Positions 27,387-48,236 of a stretch of 64,000 bases of DNA are shown here, one piece after another. The stretch is from Paraspadella gotoi. Taxonomy: Eukaryota; Animalia; Chaetognatha. The stretch is from contig CM119263.1 of assembly GCA_051294375.1 (NCBI GenBank), positions 28,192,293 through 28,256,292 of the forward strand. Reading direction: 5' to 3'. The notes under the pieces are model-generated. The model was not told where the DNA came from, ran no database searches, and saw only the letters and a list, made by a program, of their open reading frames with translations. Every line of letters begins with the position of its first letter. Within the stretch, counting starts at the first letter, position 1. The position numbers were made by a program, and so were the translations under genes.

Positions 27387-28348
27387 CTCTCCCCCCGCCA
27401 ACAGGCGACCCCAACCTCAATTTCATTCCTTTCCTGGTTGTCTCTCCTTACCTTTTCGTTCCTTGTCAATCCCGCGTGATTCTCTACGATGCTGACCGGC
27501 TGCTGCCGGGTGCGCCGCCGCGGCCGAGAGATCAGTTCAAGGGTCACAAGGATCAGATATACGCCGTCGCCGCTTACAAGTGAGAGATAGACGAAGACAA
27601 TAGGACAATGATTATTAGTAAATTAGAATATGACAATGACTTATTTTACAATTTTTGTATGTTTGTTTTTAAATATATTAAAGATCGAATCTAAAGTTGT
27701 TTTCAGAAAGTTAACAGAATAAATTACCCTATTTTCAAAAATTCCAAAAAAATTTTAAGCAATTAGACCTGCTTAACAATATAATTAATAATTAAGATTT
27801 ACATTTTTTTTTTCGTCAAATTTTTAAATACAGATTTTAATTCTGCTGTAAATGTAAAAACCGAAAAATAAATTTGTATTCGCTATTTATTGATTTTTAT
27901 TCAAAACTTCACATAACCCCATTGGACATTCTGTCTCTTTAATCCTTCCTACTTCTCAACTCTTCCTTCAAGGAACTGGGTCTTTACCGGTAGCAAGGAC
28001 GGCGAAGTAAAGGCCTGGAGCCTCAGCAGCCTCGCCTGCACCCACACCTTCAAGATGAAGTTCGGCAGCGTCTTCACCCTCACCTGCTGCGTCGACGGAC
28101 GCGGCGGCGACGGCGACGACGAAATCATCCGCTGCGTCGTCGCCGGCTGCACCAACTGCAGCCTCGTCCGCATCCCCTTCAATCAGCGAGCCACGCCCAA
28201 AGGCTTTGATTGGTCCAGATTGTGTCGCTGCTGCGCCGGAGGCTGCTGCGGCGGAGACCACGAAGAACCAGAGTATTTTCCGACGGACAACTTGGTTCCT
28301 AAAGTCATAGACTTCGGAACGTTCGCCGATGTGAGGAAACCTCACTGA
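19601..28348 (+). CDS. WD40-repeat protein, ~15 exons (19601-19716, 20211-20343, 20687-20828, 21548-21647, 21695-21824, 21941-22024, 22139-22227, 23600-23693, 26170-26253, 26529-26591, 26670-26759, 26948-26953, 27076-27301, 27405-27579, 27973-28348)
   Basis: WD blades YLFASGQDK.I.VWNLETLEFVQDLKGHSGFVRCL, LFSAGTDASIKVW..LSGHSAPILSL..LFSTSADMTIAVW, FKGHKDQIYAV..VFTGSKDGEVKAW; GT-AG junctions in phase from exon 6 on; indels in exons 3-5. Confidence 0.85.
19722..19835 (+). repeat. G-rich ~31-bp minisatellite in WD40 intron 1 (also ~14490-14630)
   Basis: Units TGAGGATTTAGTAAAGGGGTTGGGGAGTGGGAT. Confidence 0.8.
22341..23107. mobile_element. Tc1/mariner-type MITE in WD40 intron 7; related copies from ~17213 and ~52768-55720
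   Basis: TA|CAGTGTGTCCCAATGGTACTGTC ... GACAGTACCATTGGGACACACGG inverted termini. Confidence 0.7.
23380..23545 (-). mobile_element. tRNA-derived SINE
   Basis: Minus strand GACAGGGTAGCTCTGATAG (A box)...CTAACGACGACGAGGTTCCGGATTCAATCTC (B box); similar to 4697-4830. Confidence 0.5.
24098..25057 (-). CDS. EamA/DMT-family (SLC35G-like) membrane transporter, intronless CDS nested antisense in WD40 intron 8
   Basis: 319-aa GC-rich ORF with ~10 hydrophobic helices; motifs LRRLPAGDAVTI, GVVLMTKPQFIFG, ALRWVEGDIVAVFMSLEIPISYALAFWFLGQTPD...IGAGLIF. Confidence 0.85.
   Translation of the reverse strand: MYSPIVLALPILILPSISWSYFFFLIPFLDSLGPLDVVVVTVVLGVASVVVTAPLIAYFRSSPLGGADASALVRLGVVVAPAFEIAGRYLSFLCLRRLPAGDAVTIIDLCVVWMSVGAALARRKLPSKVLVGAVTLVVVGVVLMTKPQFIFGDGDGGGGGGDFPDVSLYYFLAFLDSLAHVVWMLLYDRLQKTGVHFSVLHVNYAAMMSASAVTLAFLKPASLGVFFARPVNALPVLGAVLLGTFDLLGRLSTVFALRWVEGDIVAVFMSLEIPISYALAFWFLGQTPDAPGFIGAGLIFVAICVVTVKDVADNRVDEE
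25748..25795 (-). promoter_or_regulatory. Putative promoter of the nested transporter
   Basis: Two CCAAT boxes (GATTGG on +) and a CRE-like TGACGTGA; donor gtaagt on minus at ~25615-25620 suggests a 5'UTR intron. Confidence 0.4.
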
Positions 28349-28365
28349 TTGATTCGAGACCGCTT

Positions 28366-28457
<92 letters not shown>

Positions 28458-28620
28458 AAAGATATTGGGCACAAAAAAACACCGCGTACTAGACACGAGT
28501 GATCAATCTGATTTATTATTACTTTTTTAGCTGAAATAGAAATCAATTTCTCTAAAAAAAAATCATCGATACTCATTTATTAACTGTTAAGACAAGACTG
28601 TTAAGATTACACCTCTTGGA

Positions 28621-35415
<6,795 letters not shown>

Positions 35416-37109
35416 CTTGTAATTGGTTCCTATTCGAAGCTTTACTGTTTTCGCATTAGATTTTCATTAAAGTTTAACTTATTTTGACTTGTTTGGACTG
35501 GTTTGGACTTTTATAAGCTCGTCGATGTCTAAAGATTGTTTTTCGGTTAGACTAAACTCAACTCTATATAGGAGCGTTCTTTGTTTATGATAAAAATGAT
35601 AATCGCTTAATTTTTGTAAAGATTAATTATTATTATTATTATTAATTATTCGTCTTCCCTATCCGCTCTTGCTTTCCTTCTTCAGTTTTACTTATTTTTT
35701 ACTCTAAAGATCACTAGTAAAAAATCAGTTTTAAAACAAAATAGATTTTTAAAAGTTTTACAACTGCAAAGTGCGTTAACTATTTAAAATTCAAGGATAA
35801 TGTCCCCCAGGCTTAGTAGCTAAAAAAATTGGATATCGAATCATGTCGTGTAATTTATTATACTTTCGGACTAATTTTAAAATATTTTGAAAGGCTAGAT
35901 ATAAATGAATAGAAAAAATGTAGACGAAAATTGTCATGTTGTCGCCAACTTCCCTATTATTGTAGCTTCTCTCGCCATTTTCGTCGTTCTTATCGTCTTC
36001 TTTATCGTCGTCGTCGTCGTTTACATCAAGCGGCTTGTCACAACAAACCGGCGGCTGTCTCGCTCATGAAAGTACAATTAACTTTTGTAGGGAATTAATT
36101 TAGCCCCTCAAGCATAATAAATAAATAAAAATGATTTGGTTGTTGTCGTTTTTTTAGACTTTTCTTTCTTTTTTTACCAAATTTAAAGTTTTTTGTTTTG
36201 TTATGAAGAAGTGGTTGTGCTTAGGAAATATCCGAATAATCAAATAGTTGGTTTATAAAAACTTTAAAAGAGGACTAACATTGCATTGAATTTTTCATTC
36301 GTTACTATTTGTCAATATTTTTCTTTCATTTTATATGTACATCTAGGTTTGCCTTCTTTTTTATCCAAGTCGTGATATTGTTTTATAATTTTATTTTCAA
36401 ATGCGTGACTCATTTTTTTCATTTTTTTCCGTCTTAAGTTGAGAGTAAAACATTTTCTGCTGTGACACTTCCGGCGATTCTTTGCTTATAGAAATAATTG
36501 TTTGTTTGTTCGTTCGTTTTTTTTGGTTTGTTTGTATATTTTTTACATTTTATGCCACAGAGAAGGTAATCGTCTTTTGAGTTTCAGCCCGAAGACATTT
36601 AATTTTATACCGAATATCCTTAAAAAGAAGTTGTCAAGTTTAAATGACTTCTCAGTGTTTCAAATGTTTGCATCGAGACACGAGAATAAAAACAAAATCT
36701 ATTCCCACGTTTAACTTTAACTGAGTTTCGCGAGAAACTTTGGCCGCTTTATTTCCGCCCATCCTTGTCATCAAAAAGTTCAACGATGCGACGACTTGTT
36801 TTTTTTTATATATTAAATATAAATGCGAGATAACGAAAATGTACTTAGTAACTTAGCAACGAATACAATAGACTGAGGTGAACAGTAAATACCGCCAAAC
36901 AAATTTAAATACGACGCGAATAGGTACGGGAAAATTTTTCTAAATTAACAAATTGATCGACCGACCGATCGAGCAAAAAAGAATTCAATCAAGAGGCGAT
37001 CTAGCAGCTTATAAATCGAGCCACGCCCCAAACAAATTTCGATTCCATCCAGAAAATTTTTCATGCGCGACGATTATTTTCGTCGACGCGAGACGAGAAT
37101 TCCGACGAA

Positions 37110-37874
<765 letters not shown>

Positions 37875-39077
37875 AGAGAAAAGAGAGAGGAGCAATTCGC
37901 ACGTTTGTAATTTAGTTTTTACAGTTTGTTTGTTCTGTCTCTATGAAATTGGTAAAAACATTATTCTTTAACTGAATAAACAATAAACAATAAACAATCT
38001 ATCTTGCCCGTGACTTAAAATGAGCTATTTGATTCTTCTCTCGCACACGAAATCTCGTCGTCGCCATTCGTCATTTCTCATTCAACACCCGGTATCTTAA
38101 TCTCCAATTTGGTACTTTCTTTCCATTCTCCATGTATGTGTTATATATATTATACGATACTCACCTAGTTTTGTAATTTAAGCTTTAGTTTATTCGACTC
38201 GATTGAAGACAAAGGAAAGAAAAGATGCAAATTGACTAAACTTGATTTGATTTAAATTTGCCACAAGGAGTTTTCTCTTTAAAAAAAGTAAACGCTTTAC
38301 CCTCCAGCGCGTAAAAACTAAGTAACCCAGTAAACAAAAGTAACAAAGCTATATACGTCAAAACAGAGCTTGAAAACTCTATTAGTTCTAAGAAAAATAA
38401 AAGAAATATAAAAGACATCTTACTATTTTCGTCTTCTACAACACTAGCTTTTCACTCCAAGCGTGTCCAGGTCGGCCTTTTTTTCCCCAGAACGGCCCAT
38501 TTTATTTTAAATTTGGAATTAAGTTAATTTTTCTTAAATTAAAGATTTGTTTATGATTTATGTGGTCAAGTGATTAGGATTCGGGACTAGGTTTTAATGT
38601 TTTAATGGGAAGTCGTTAGGACTGTGGAAGTAACGCAACACTTGGGATGATGCGTTCCCCCTATGAGCCAATGGTGGACGTGAGGCGATGTGAATATTAA
38701 GGCGTAGTAAAATTTCTAAATTTAACTTTGTGGATTCGAACCGGACTTCTGAACCAACGCCGGACGCTGTCTTGGTTCTCCCGGTTCGATGTGGTCAACA
38801 CCAAAAACGACGACATCGCCGACGCCCAACAGGAAACGGCAATGAAGCAATACGACGAAGACGTTGATGCCAGAAACTATGACGACATCGGAGAAGACGA
38901 AAGTCTAAAAATACGACGCCTCCACATTTACTGCGATGAGGACAAAGATGGATGGCAACGACGACGATCCGACCACTTTACAAAAATTATCAGAGTCGCT
39001 CAGTTAATAGAATGCGAGCTTTTTTGTCACAAAACGAAGAGAGAGAGAAAAAGAAGCTTGTAATGTTTGTTTGTTGA

Positions 39078-39145
<68 letters not shown>

Positions 39146-39853
39146 AGAGAGAGAGAGAGAGAGAAGAGAAGAGGAGGAAACAAAGTCTATTGTTTTTTTT
39201 CGTTTTATTCTTCAGAACGGGTTACAAATTACAAAATAAATATTTTATGACTGCTTGAGCTGTTTTCATAGCGGCTCAAATATTGAAAAACAATATGATG
39301 TATAATTTTATTGTATTCACGAGATTATTGGTAGCTCAACGAATAAATTCAGAAAAAAACAATTAAATTGAAAACATTATTGAAAAGTGCCGAATTGACA
39401 AAAATCGGAAAAATTGAGAGAGTGAAACAAAGACGCGCACTGTATTTGCGAAATAAAGTTAAAATATAATTCAATAAATAAACAAAATTTAAATAAATAA
39501 TAAAATAAATAAATAAATTAAAAAACTACATTAATTAATTAATTAATTATTTAATTAAATTTAAATTAAATAGACAATGGCAGTTATAAATAAATTGTAT
39601 TGAAAGAAAAGGACGAATTCCTTGACGTACTACTTACCCCGCGAGTCGATGTGCGAATCGACGAAGAAGTTGCGCTCAAATTAGAAAAACGCGAGACTTT
39701 CTACGTATTCTTTCTCTTCTCTTTCTTTTTCTTCTTATCTTTTCGTCTCTCTTTCGTCCGTTTTTCGCTTCGCGTTTCGCAACGAAAGACTTAGGATCGA
39801 AGATGAGACGAAAGAAAAGAAAGACGCGATACTCGCGTTACGACGTTCGCGAT

Positions 39854-39884
<31 letters not shown>

Positions 39885-40088
39885 TCTCACTCCGGCGCGG
39901 AGGCCGGGCACAGCGCCGGCCGCGCTGCAATTCAGACTTTGCAATAATTACACCTGGTAACTTTTTTTTTTGTTGTTTATTTTCTGTTCCATCTTGCATT
40001 TGAGTTCTTAGAAGTACACACTACAAAAGAATTTGTAAAATAGCTATGCGAACAAATTAAAAAAGAAAAGCTGACCGAATATTATCAA

Positions 40089-40190
40089 CCAAAGAATTTA
40101 CAAATTTTAAATTTCAAATTTCAAATTTCAAATTTCAAATTTCAAATTTCAAATTTCAAATTTCAAATTTCAAATTTCAAATTTCAAATT
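40089..40190 (+). repeat. (AAATTTC)n heptamer array; inverted copy ~48560-48668
   Basis: ~14 perfect units. Confidence 0.95.
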
Positions 40191-40517
40191 TTTATATCGA
40201 ATCATTTATTCTTGAAACTTTCGTTCCTTTCACATTAAATCTTAGTTTGAAACCAAGTCAGTTTAATGCAGGCAAAACTACCATTATAATATCGTAACCA
40301 AGCATTCCTCTCATGTTTTTTTCCACTCACACTTCGGCAAGCTGATATTCGCAGTCGACCAAGCAGTTTCCCACCGGCGCCAGAATTCGACCTCGGCCGA
40401 AGGTTTTTTTTTTCCATGGACGCGCGAGATAAGCGTGAGACTCCAAACGATTATAAATTCTCTCATGCTTTTCGATGCTTCTCTTCTCTCTCTCTTCTCT
40501 CTCTCTCTCTCTCTCTT

Positions 40518-40565
<48 letters not shown>

Positions 40566-40575
40566 TCTCTCCTCT

Positions 40576-40615
<40 letters not shown>

Positions 40616-40664
40616 ATATACTAATGTTTAAAGTAAGGAGACAATGTGGCGAGTATATCACTAA

Positions 40665-41229
40665 GGGTAGTGAAAGTTACATACGAAAATTCTAAAAGTC
40701 AATTATGAACAACATACCATCAGTGAACATTAATTTGTAAAAAAAATTAGTTTTATGTTTTTTTAATTTCGATAGTATAAGTACTATCCTTATAAAAATC
40801 GAAAAATTTCAAAATAGTCTTTTCTTAATTTTGATTCAGATTTGAATTCCTCGTCAAAAGTTGATAAAAGAAAATATAAATCATTTTAAAAATTCTTTCA
40901 TTAAGTGGGTTAAAAATTAAAAAAACTATATTTAATATATAAAAAGTTAATTTTCAGCTTAAAATATAGCTTTTTCTAATTTTTGACCCACTTAATGAAG
41001 GAATTTTTTAAAAAGAGTTATATTTCTTTTTATCAACTTTTTATGACGAATCCAAATCTGCAAAAATATCTTAGAAAAAACTGTTTTTGAAATTTTAACA
41101 TTTATTGGTTTAGTACTAGTATAAATATGGCCTACTGCGTAAATTGAAATATTTATTATAAATTTTTTTATTACAAAATGTTCATTAGTATATAGTTGTT
41201 CGTTCTTCACTTTTACGAACTTTTAAATT
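40665..41229. mobile_element. PIF/Harbinger-like MITE; complete but noisy in the copy ~41500-42123; isolated ends at 38701-38727 and 63898-63914
   Basis: TAA|GG(C)GTAGTGAAAGTTAC ... GTTACTACGCC|TTA termini. Confidence 0.5.
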
Positions 41230-41400
41230 NNNNNNNNNNNNNNNNNNNNNNNNNATTTTCGTATGTAACTTTCACTACGCCTTAGTGAATATATCGCCAC
41301 ATTGTCTCCTTACTTTAAACATTAGTATATCAAAGAGTCTTTCTCTGCTCTCTCCTTCGTCTACTTCTTCTCACCTCTCTCTTCTCTCTCTTCTTAGTTC

Positions 41401-41441
<41 letters not shown>

Positions 41442-42097
41442 GATATACTATACTGTTTAAAGTACAGGGAACAATGTGGGTCAGATAGTATCACTAGAGC
41501 TGTATGTGATACAGTTGGGACATAACGAAAATTCTACAAAGTCAATTATTGAAACAAATACCATCAGTGAACATTAATTTGTAAAAAAAATTAGTTTAAC
41601 TGTTTTTATTTCATATATAGTACTATTCTATTAAAGATCGAAATAATTTCAAAATTAGTCTTTGTCTTAATTCTTGATGCAGATTGAATTCCTCGGTCGA
41701 AAAGCTGTGATTAAAAGAAAATATAAATCCATTTAAATTCTTTCATTGAAGTGCGGTTCAAAATTAAAAAAAACTATCATTTAATATATAAAAAGTTAAT
41801 TTTCAGCTTAAAATATAGGCTTGTTTCTAATTTTTGAGCCGCCACTTAAAATAAGAATTTTTATACAAAAGAGTTATATATTCTATTTTATCACATCTTT
41901 TTATGACGAATCACAATCTGCAAAAATATCTTAGAAAAAAACTGTTTTTGAAATTTAACATTTATTGGTTTAGTTACTAGTATATATAATACTGGCCTAC
42001 TGACTAATTGAAATATTTATTATGAATTTTTTAGTACAAAAATGTTCATTATTATATATAGTTGTTCGTTCTTTCACTTTTAGAACTTTTAATTAAA

Positions 42098-45000
42098 GTT
42101 AAATTTAGAAATGTTACTACGCCTTAATATTCACATTCCGCCTGCACGTACCACCATTGGCTCCATAGGGGGTAACGCATATCGGCCAAGTGTGCGTTAC
42201 TATCCACAGTCCTACGACTTTCCAGCATTAAAAATTAACACTAGTCCCGAAGTCCTAATCACTTGAAGCGCACTAATCATAAGACAATCTTTTAATTTAA
42301 GAAAAATTAATTAATTCCAATTTAAATAAAAAGGGCCGTTCTGGGAAAAAAAAGGCCGACTGGACACGCTTGAAGTGAAAAGCTCTGTTGTAGAAGACGA
42401 AAATAGTAGATGTCTTTTATATTTCTTTTATTTTTCTTAGAACTAATAGAGTTTTCAAGCTCTGTTTTGACGTATATGCTTTGTTACTTTTTGTTTACTG
42501 GTATCTATAGTTTTACGCGCTGGAGGGTAAAAGGCGTTTACTTTTTTTAGAGAAAACTCCTTGTGGCAAAATTTAAATCAAATCAAGTTTTAGTCAATTT
42601 GCATCTTTATTTCCTTTGTCTTCAATCGAGTCCGAACAAACTAAAGTTAGAATTACAAAACTAGTGTGAGTATCGTATTAAGTATATATAACACATACAT
42701 GGAGAATGGAAGAAAGTACCAAAATTTGGAGATTAAGATACGCGGTGTTGAATGAGAATGACGAATGCGACGACGAGATTTTGTGTGCGAAGGAGAAGAA
42801 TCAATAGCTGATTTTAAGTCACGGGCAAGATAGATTGTTTTATTGTTTATTGTTTATGCAGTTAAAGATAATGTTTTTACCAATTTCATAGAGACAGAAC
42901 AACCAAACTGTAAAAACATAAATTACAAAAACGTGCGAATGCCCCCCTCTTCTCCTCTCTCTGCTCTCTCTCTTCTCTCCTCTCTCTCTCTCTCCTCATA
43001 CATCCCGTCTTCCCTTTACATTCCGTTTAGCGGCTTTTCGCCCAAGGACGAGACGGGATGTGGTGGGGGGCGGGTCGACGGCGAAGTAGACCTTCGCGAC
43101 CCAAATCCAGTTTTCAATTTTCCCCCTTGTCGTTATACGAGACGAACGCACAACGATGTGCGTGCGATAGTACGTGCGATATGGCCGTGCGACGAGAATG
43201 TGAACACGTGCGGTGAGTGACTCCGGCTGCAGCAAGTGAAGATAAGTTTACTTTTTACTTGGTATAGTTCTTTGTTGTTGTAATGGATATATTTTGGGGA
43301 AGAGGAAGCAGAAATGAAAACGAAAATGATCGAAAATCCAGCATAGAATAAGGTTGACTTAGAAAATGAAAAAAATTGGACATGCAAACAAATTCACTAT
43401 TCCACTCACCCGATTCCCGACCGGATTACTGCTAGTAAGGACGCGGTTATTTGTCTTACTCGACTTAAAAACAAATCTGTAAAACTTGCCTTACCCTATA
43501 ATCTGAAAAGTCTTTATAAATAGTTAAGAAAAAACGACGAAAGGATACGTAAAGACGGACAGAAATTAAAATAAAACATCTTCATAAGCAAACCGTTAAT
43601 CCTAAAAAAAAACAAAAACGACCTTGTTTTCCAAAATTTCAACTGTTGTTGTTGACGAATCCATTTCGTCGAATTCTGTCTCGCGTCGACGAATAATTCG
43701 TCGCGCATGAAAATTTTCTTGATGAAACGAAATTGTTTGGGGCGTGGGCTCGATTTATAAGCTGGAAGATCGCCTATTGATTGAATTCCTTTTTTTGCCT
43801 CGATGCGGTCGGTCGATCGAATTTGTTAATTTAGAAAAAATTTTCCCGTACCTATTCCGACGTCGTATTTAATTTGTTTGGCGTATTTACTGTTCACGCC
43901 ACCTCAGTCTATGGTTTTCGTTCTAAGTTTACGTAAAGTACAATTTTTCGTTTAATCTCGCCATTTTATATTTAATAGTATAAAAAAAAAAAAGTCGTCG
44001 CATCGTTTGAACTTTTTTGTGACAAGGATGGGCCGGAAATAAACCGGCCGGGCCAAAGGTTTCTCGCGAAAATCTTCAGTTTAAGTTAAACGTGGGAATA
44101 GATTTTGTTTTTATCTTCGTGTCTCGATGCAAACATTTGAAACACTGAGAGTCATTTAAACTTGACAACTTCTTTAAGGATATTCGGTTAAAAATTAAAA
44201 TGTCTTCGGGCTGAAAACTAAAAGACCGATTACCTTCTCTGTGGCATAAAATGTAAAAAAATAATACAAACAAACCATAAAACGAAGAACAAACAAACAA
44301 TTTTTCTTAAGCAAAGATCGCCGGGGAGTGTCACGACGCAGAAAATGGTTTTACTCTCAACTAGAGACGGAAACAAAATGAAAAAAATGAGTCACGCATT
44401 GAAAATAAAAATTATAAAACAATAATCACGACTGTGGATAAAAAAGAGGCAAACCTTAGATGTACATTAAATGAAAGAAAATATTGACAAGATAGTAACG
44501 AATGAAAAATTCAATGCAATGTTAGTCCTCTTTTATAAGTTTTTATAAACCAACTATTTGATAATTCCGGATATTTTCCTAAAGCACAACCAACTTCTTC
44601 ATAACAAAACAAAAAACTTTAAATTTGGTAAAAGAAAGAAAGAAAAGTCTAAAAAAAACGCAACAACCAATCATTTTTATTTATTTATATGCCTTGAGGG
44701 GCTAAATTATTGCCCTAACAAAAGTTTAATTGGTACTTTCATGAGGCGAGACAGCCGCCGGTTGTTGTGGACAAGCGCTTGATGTTAAAACGACGAGCGA
44801 ACTGACATAAAAGAAGACGATAAGAACGACGAAAATGGCGAGAGAAGCTACAATAATAGGGAGGAGTTGCGACACATGACAATTTTCGTTACATTTTTTC
44901 TCTATCATTTATATCTTAGCCTTTTTCAAAATATTTTAAATTAGTCCGAAAGTATTAAAATATTACACGACATGATTCGATATCCAATTTTTTTTAGCTT

Positions 45001-45420
45001 ACTAAGCCTAGGGGGACATTATCTTGAAATTTTAAATAAGTTAACGCACTTTGCAGTGTAAAACTTTTAAAATCGTATTTTGTTTTAAACTGATTTTTTG
45101 AACTAGTGGATCTTTAGAGTAAAAAAATAAGTAAAAACTGAAGAAGGAAACGCAAGAGCGGATAGGGAAGAGAAATAATTAATAATAATAATAATAATTA
45201 ATCTTTACAAAAATTAAGCGATTATTCATTTTTATCACTAAACAAAGAACGCTCCTATATAGAGTTGAGTTTAGTCTAGACCGAAAACAATCTTTAGACA
45301 TCGACGAGCTATATAAAAGTCCAAACCAGTCCAAACAAGTCAAAATAAGTTAAACTTTAATGAAATGCTAATCGGAACAGTAAAGCTTCGAATAGGAACA
45401 CAATTACAAGATGCAACGAT
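42098..45420 (-). repeat. Inverted, indel-rich copy of ~35410-38727
   Basis: Continuous reverse-complement match; lies between 25-N gaps at 41230 and 48212. Confidence 0.9.
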
Positions 45421-47830
45421 TCTCGTTGTACGCATAGCTAGTTGGACTCCAGACTCTCTGCCTTCCATTCATTCAGTTCTTTATTCGCTTTAATTTTTTA
45501 GTACATCAAGCTGAGATATCAAACATACGTAAAAAAAAAATGAGTTTCTCAATAAATACAAGTTGAAACAAGTTTCGTTTTTAAACCCTCGAGAAGTTTC
45601 TAACAACATAGTCAAAATGTTTAGATCAGTGGGTGTGCAGAAGTGTAGTCTTAACATGATTAAAACTCAGAGATAAATTATGGACTAATGTCCTACCTGG
45701 GAAGTAGCCTATGAAAAATGCTTAAATTAAAAGCAGTATATCGAATCTGGATGTCGCAAATGGTAAGTAGTTGTGTGATAATGACTTCTTGACTATGTTT
45801 TAAGGAATATTTTTGAAAGGAAGTTGACTTTAAGAGTATAAATATTAGAAAAAATGTAGAGCAGAGAAAGATATGTGGTCATTGTCTGTTCGGCTTAACA
45901 TTCACAGTATTATTGTAAGCTTCTCTACGCAACAAATTTGCCGTAAGGGTCCGCCAGTGGACGCGTTAGTACGTTATTCGTAGTCTTCTTTACTCAGTCC
46001 GTACGGTCGTCGTATTAATTCACAAGCGCTCATTGTCAAGCAAAACCACAACGGCGGAGCTGTTTCACACTCAGCCTTATTTAGTACAATTAAGATTTTG
46101 AAAGAAGATGATTATTGTAAGCGCCAGCTCAAGAGCATAATGAAAACTAGAGAAAGAAGTGATGATTGGATGTTGAGGTATGTCTGGTATTTTTTAAGAC
46201 TTCTCTATCTAGTTAGCTTACTAGCAAGAAATGTTAAAGTTCCTAGTTGAGTTTTGATTGAATATAAGAAAAGAGTCAAGCCAGTGCTCGGTAGAGTGTG
46301 ATGATTTGGTAGCTGTGCCTTAAGGGAGCAATATCCGCCGCAGATAAATCACTAAAAGTAGATAGGGTTAATACAGTAACATTAAAGGCAGGAAGATCTA
46401 ACATTTGTCAAATGTTAAATACTTCAGTTCACTTGTCAAAGTTATATCTTTCTTCTTCGATTTTTTATGTTAATCTTAGGGTGCTCTTATGCGATGTTTA
46501 GATTATTATAAGATATCAAAGCAATGCTGGTGGCGATATGGGTGGTGCTTGTGATATTATTTATAGTTTTACATAGTAATGGCGGTTGACTCTTTTTTTT
46601 CATTTTTTCAACGTCTTTAAGTGCAGAGGATGTTACAAACATCTTCTGCGTGTTGACACTTTCGGGCGGATTCTTTTGCTAGAGTGAGAATAAGATCAAG
46701 CATAGTGTAGCCAGAGGTAACTAATGTTTGTTTTGTTCGTGCGTTTTTATGGGTTATGGATTGTAGATTTTATTGATAAAATATTTAACACAGACGGGAA
46801 ATGTAATGTTGTCTTGGTCTTCAGCAGCTGTGCAAGACATTTAAGTTTTAATACCGAAACTTTCCTAGAACTATTAACAGGCAAATTTGTTCAGTCATAT
46901 CTCGAATCGCTTTCTCAGCTTGTTTATTACATCTTCTCGAACAATACGAGCAACAATAGACACCGATTTCTTTTGCACAGATTTGCTTTAAGATCTGAGA
47001 TTCGCAGGAGAAACCTTCGGGACCGTTGTACATTTTGCGCGCGCTCCCTTGTGCCATTTGCAAATCAAAGCAGCTTCATCCGAGTGCGGTACGAGCTTGT
47101 TTTATTGTTGTATACAATTAGAGACTATATTATTGCACAGGCCGTAAAGCGAAACAACTGTAGGACTGTAAGCAGGCAGCTAGCACAAAAGCGTTAGACT
47201 GACAATAGACTAGAAACTTATGAATTCCTCATTTGGGACGGTGTGTGAACTACGTAGAATACCGGTAAACAAATTTAAACTACGACAGCGAATAGTACGG
47301 GAAAATTATTTCTAATTAACAAATTTGATACGCCGACCATTCAGCAAAAAAAGAATCAATCTAGAGGGATCTTGCAGCTTGGGTAGAGGTCGAGCTACAG
47401 GCAAAAAACGGCGCAAACTAAAATTGTCGATATCCATCCAAGAATAATGTTTTTCATGCCGACGATTATTTCGTCGGATCGCGAGACGGACGAGCAATTC
47501 CGACCGAGAATGGATTCCTTCAACAACAACGAGTGAGAATTTTGGGAGAGGGAAAAAGAAGGGTCGTTATTTTGTTTTTTTTTTTTTTTATGGGAAGGTT
47601 TATCTTATATTCTAATATAAGATATTTAAATAATATAAGCTTTCCGTGTAACGCATAACGTGAGAATGCTCTTGATTGTGCCGCTCTCTTTCGCTTGGTC
47701 ATAAACGCGTTATAAAACTCACTTTATTATTGCAAGTGTAGTTATAGGTTAAGGGCAGTTTAATTTGTATTTGTTTTGAAGGACTTAAACAGAATAAGCA
47801 GCAGATCCGTTAGAGACGATAGCAGGACAA
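45420..47830 (+). other. Very noisy forward copy of ~35450-37350 mixed with reverse-strand fragments of 34900-35060 (chimeric long-read consensus)
   Basis: Recognisable fragments with heavy insertions; AGAGTGAGAATAAGATCAAGC at 46681 and CAGTGCTCGGTAGAGTGTGATG at ~46282 are reverse complements of the 34.9-35.1 kb minisatellite. Confidence 0.8.
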
Positions 47831-48236
47831 TCACGGAGAGTGTCGGAATTCGATGATGAGAGAGAGAGGAGAGAGAGAGATGAAGATAGAGAGACGAGAG
47901 CAGAGAGATTAATGACTTTAGAAGATGTACATATTTTGAATTGTTGCGCTGTACCTCCTCAATTAGCCTATATTCCATTTTCTTTAAAGAGTCAACGAAC
48001 TCTTCATTTTTTCGTAACTGCTGGCCACTTCAGATTTCTTTCAGTCATCATTTTTACTCACTGATCCATTAATGAATGCCTACATTTATTAACTCTACAA
48101 AAAATAATATTAATCAATATATCAACGCACAATTGTTAGTCAATCAACGATAATACAAGTATACAACAGTACTTTATCTTACGATGCAGCCGAATCACTA
48201 CTACGCAAGAANNNNNNNNNNNNNNNNNNNNNNNNN

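Noticed and set aside
27968-28576. 202-aa minus-strand ORF (likewise 24303-25004)
   Set aside because: Shadow frames of GC-rich true exons
46724-47197. 157-aa ORF
   Set aside because: Lies in the corrupted consensus segment; not open in the cleaner copy at 36.5-36.9 kb
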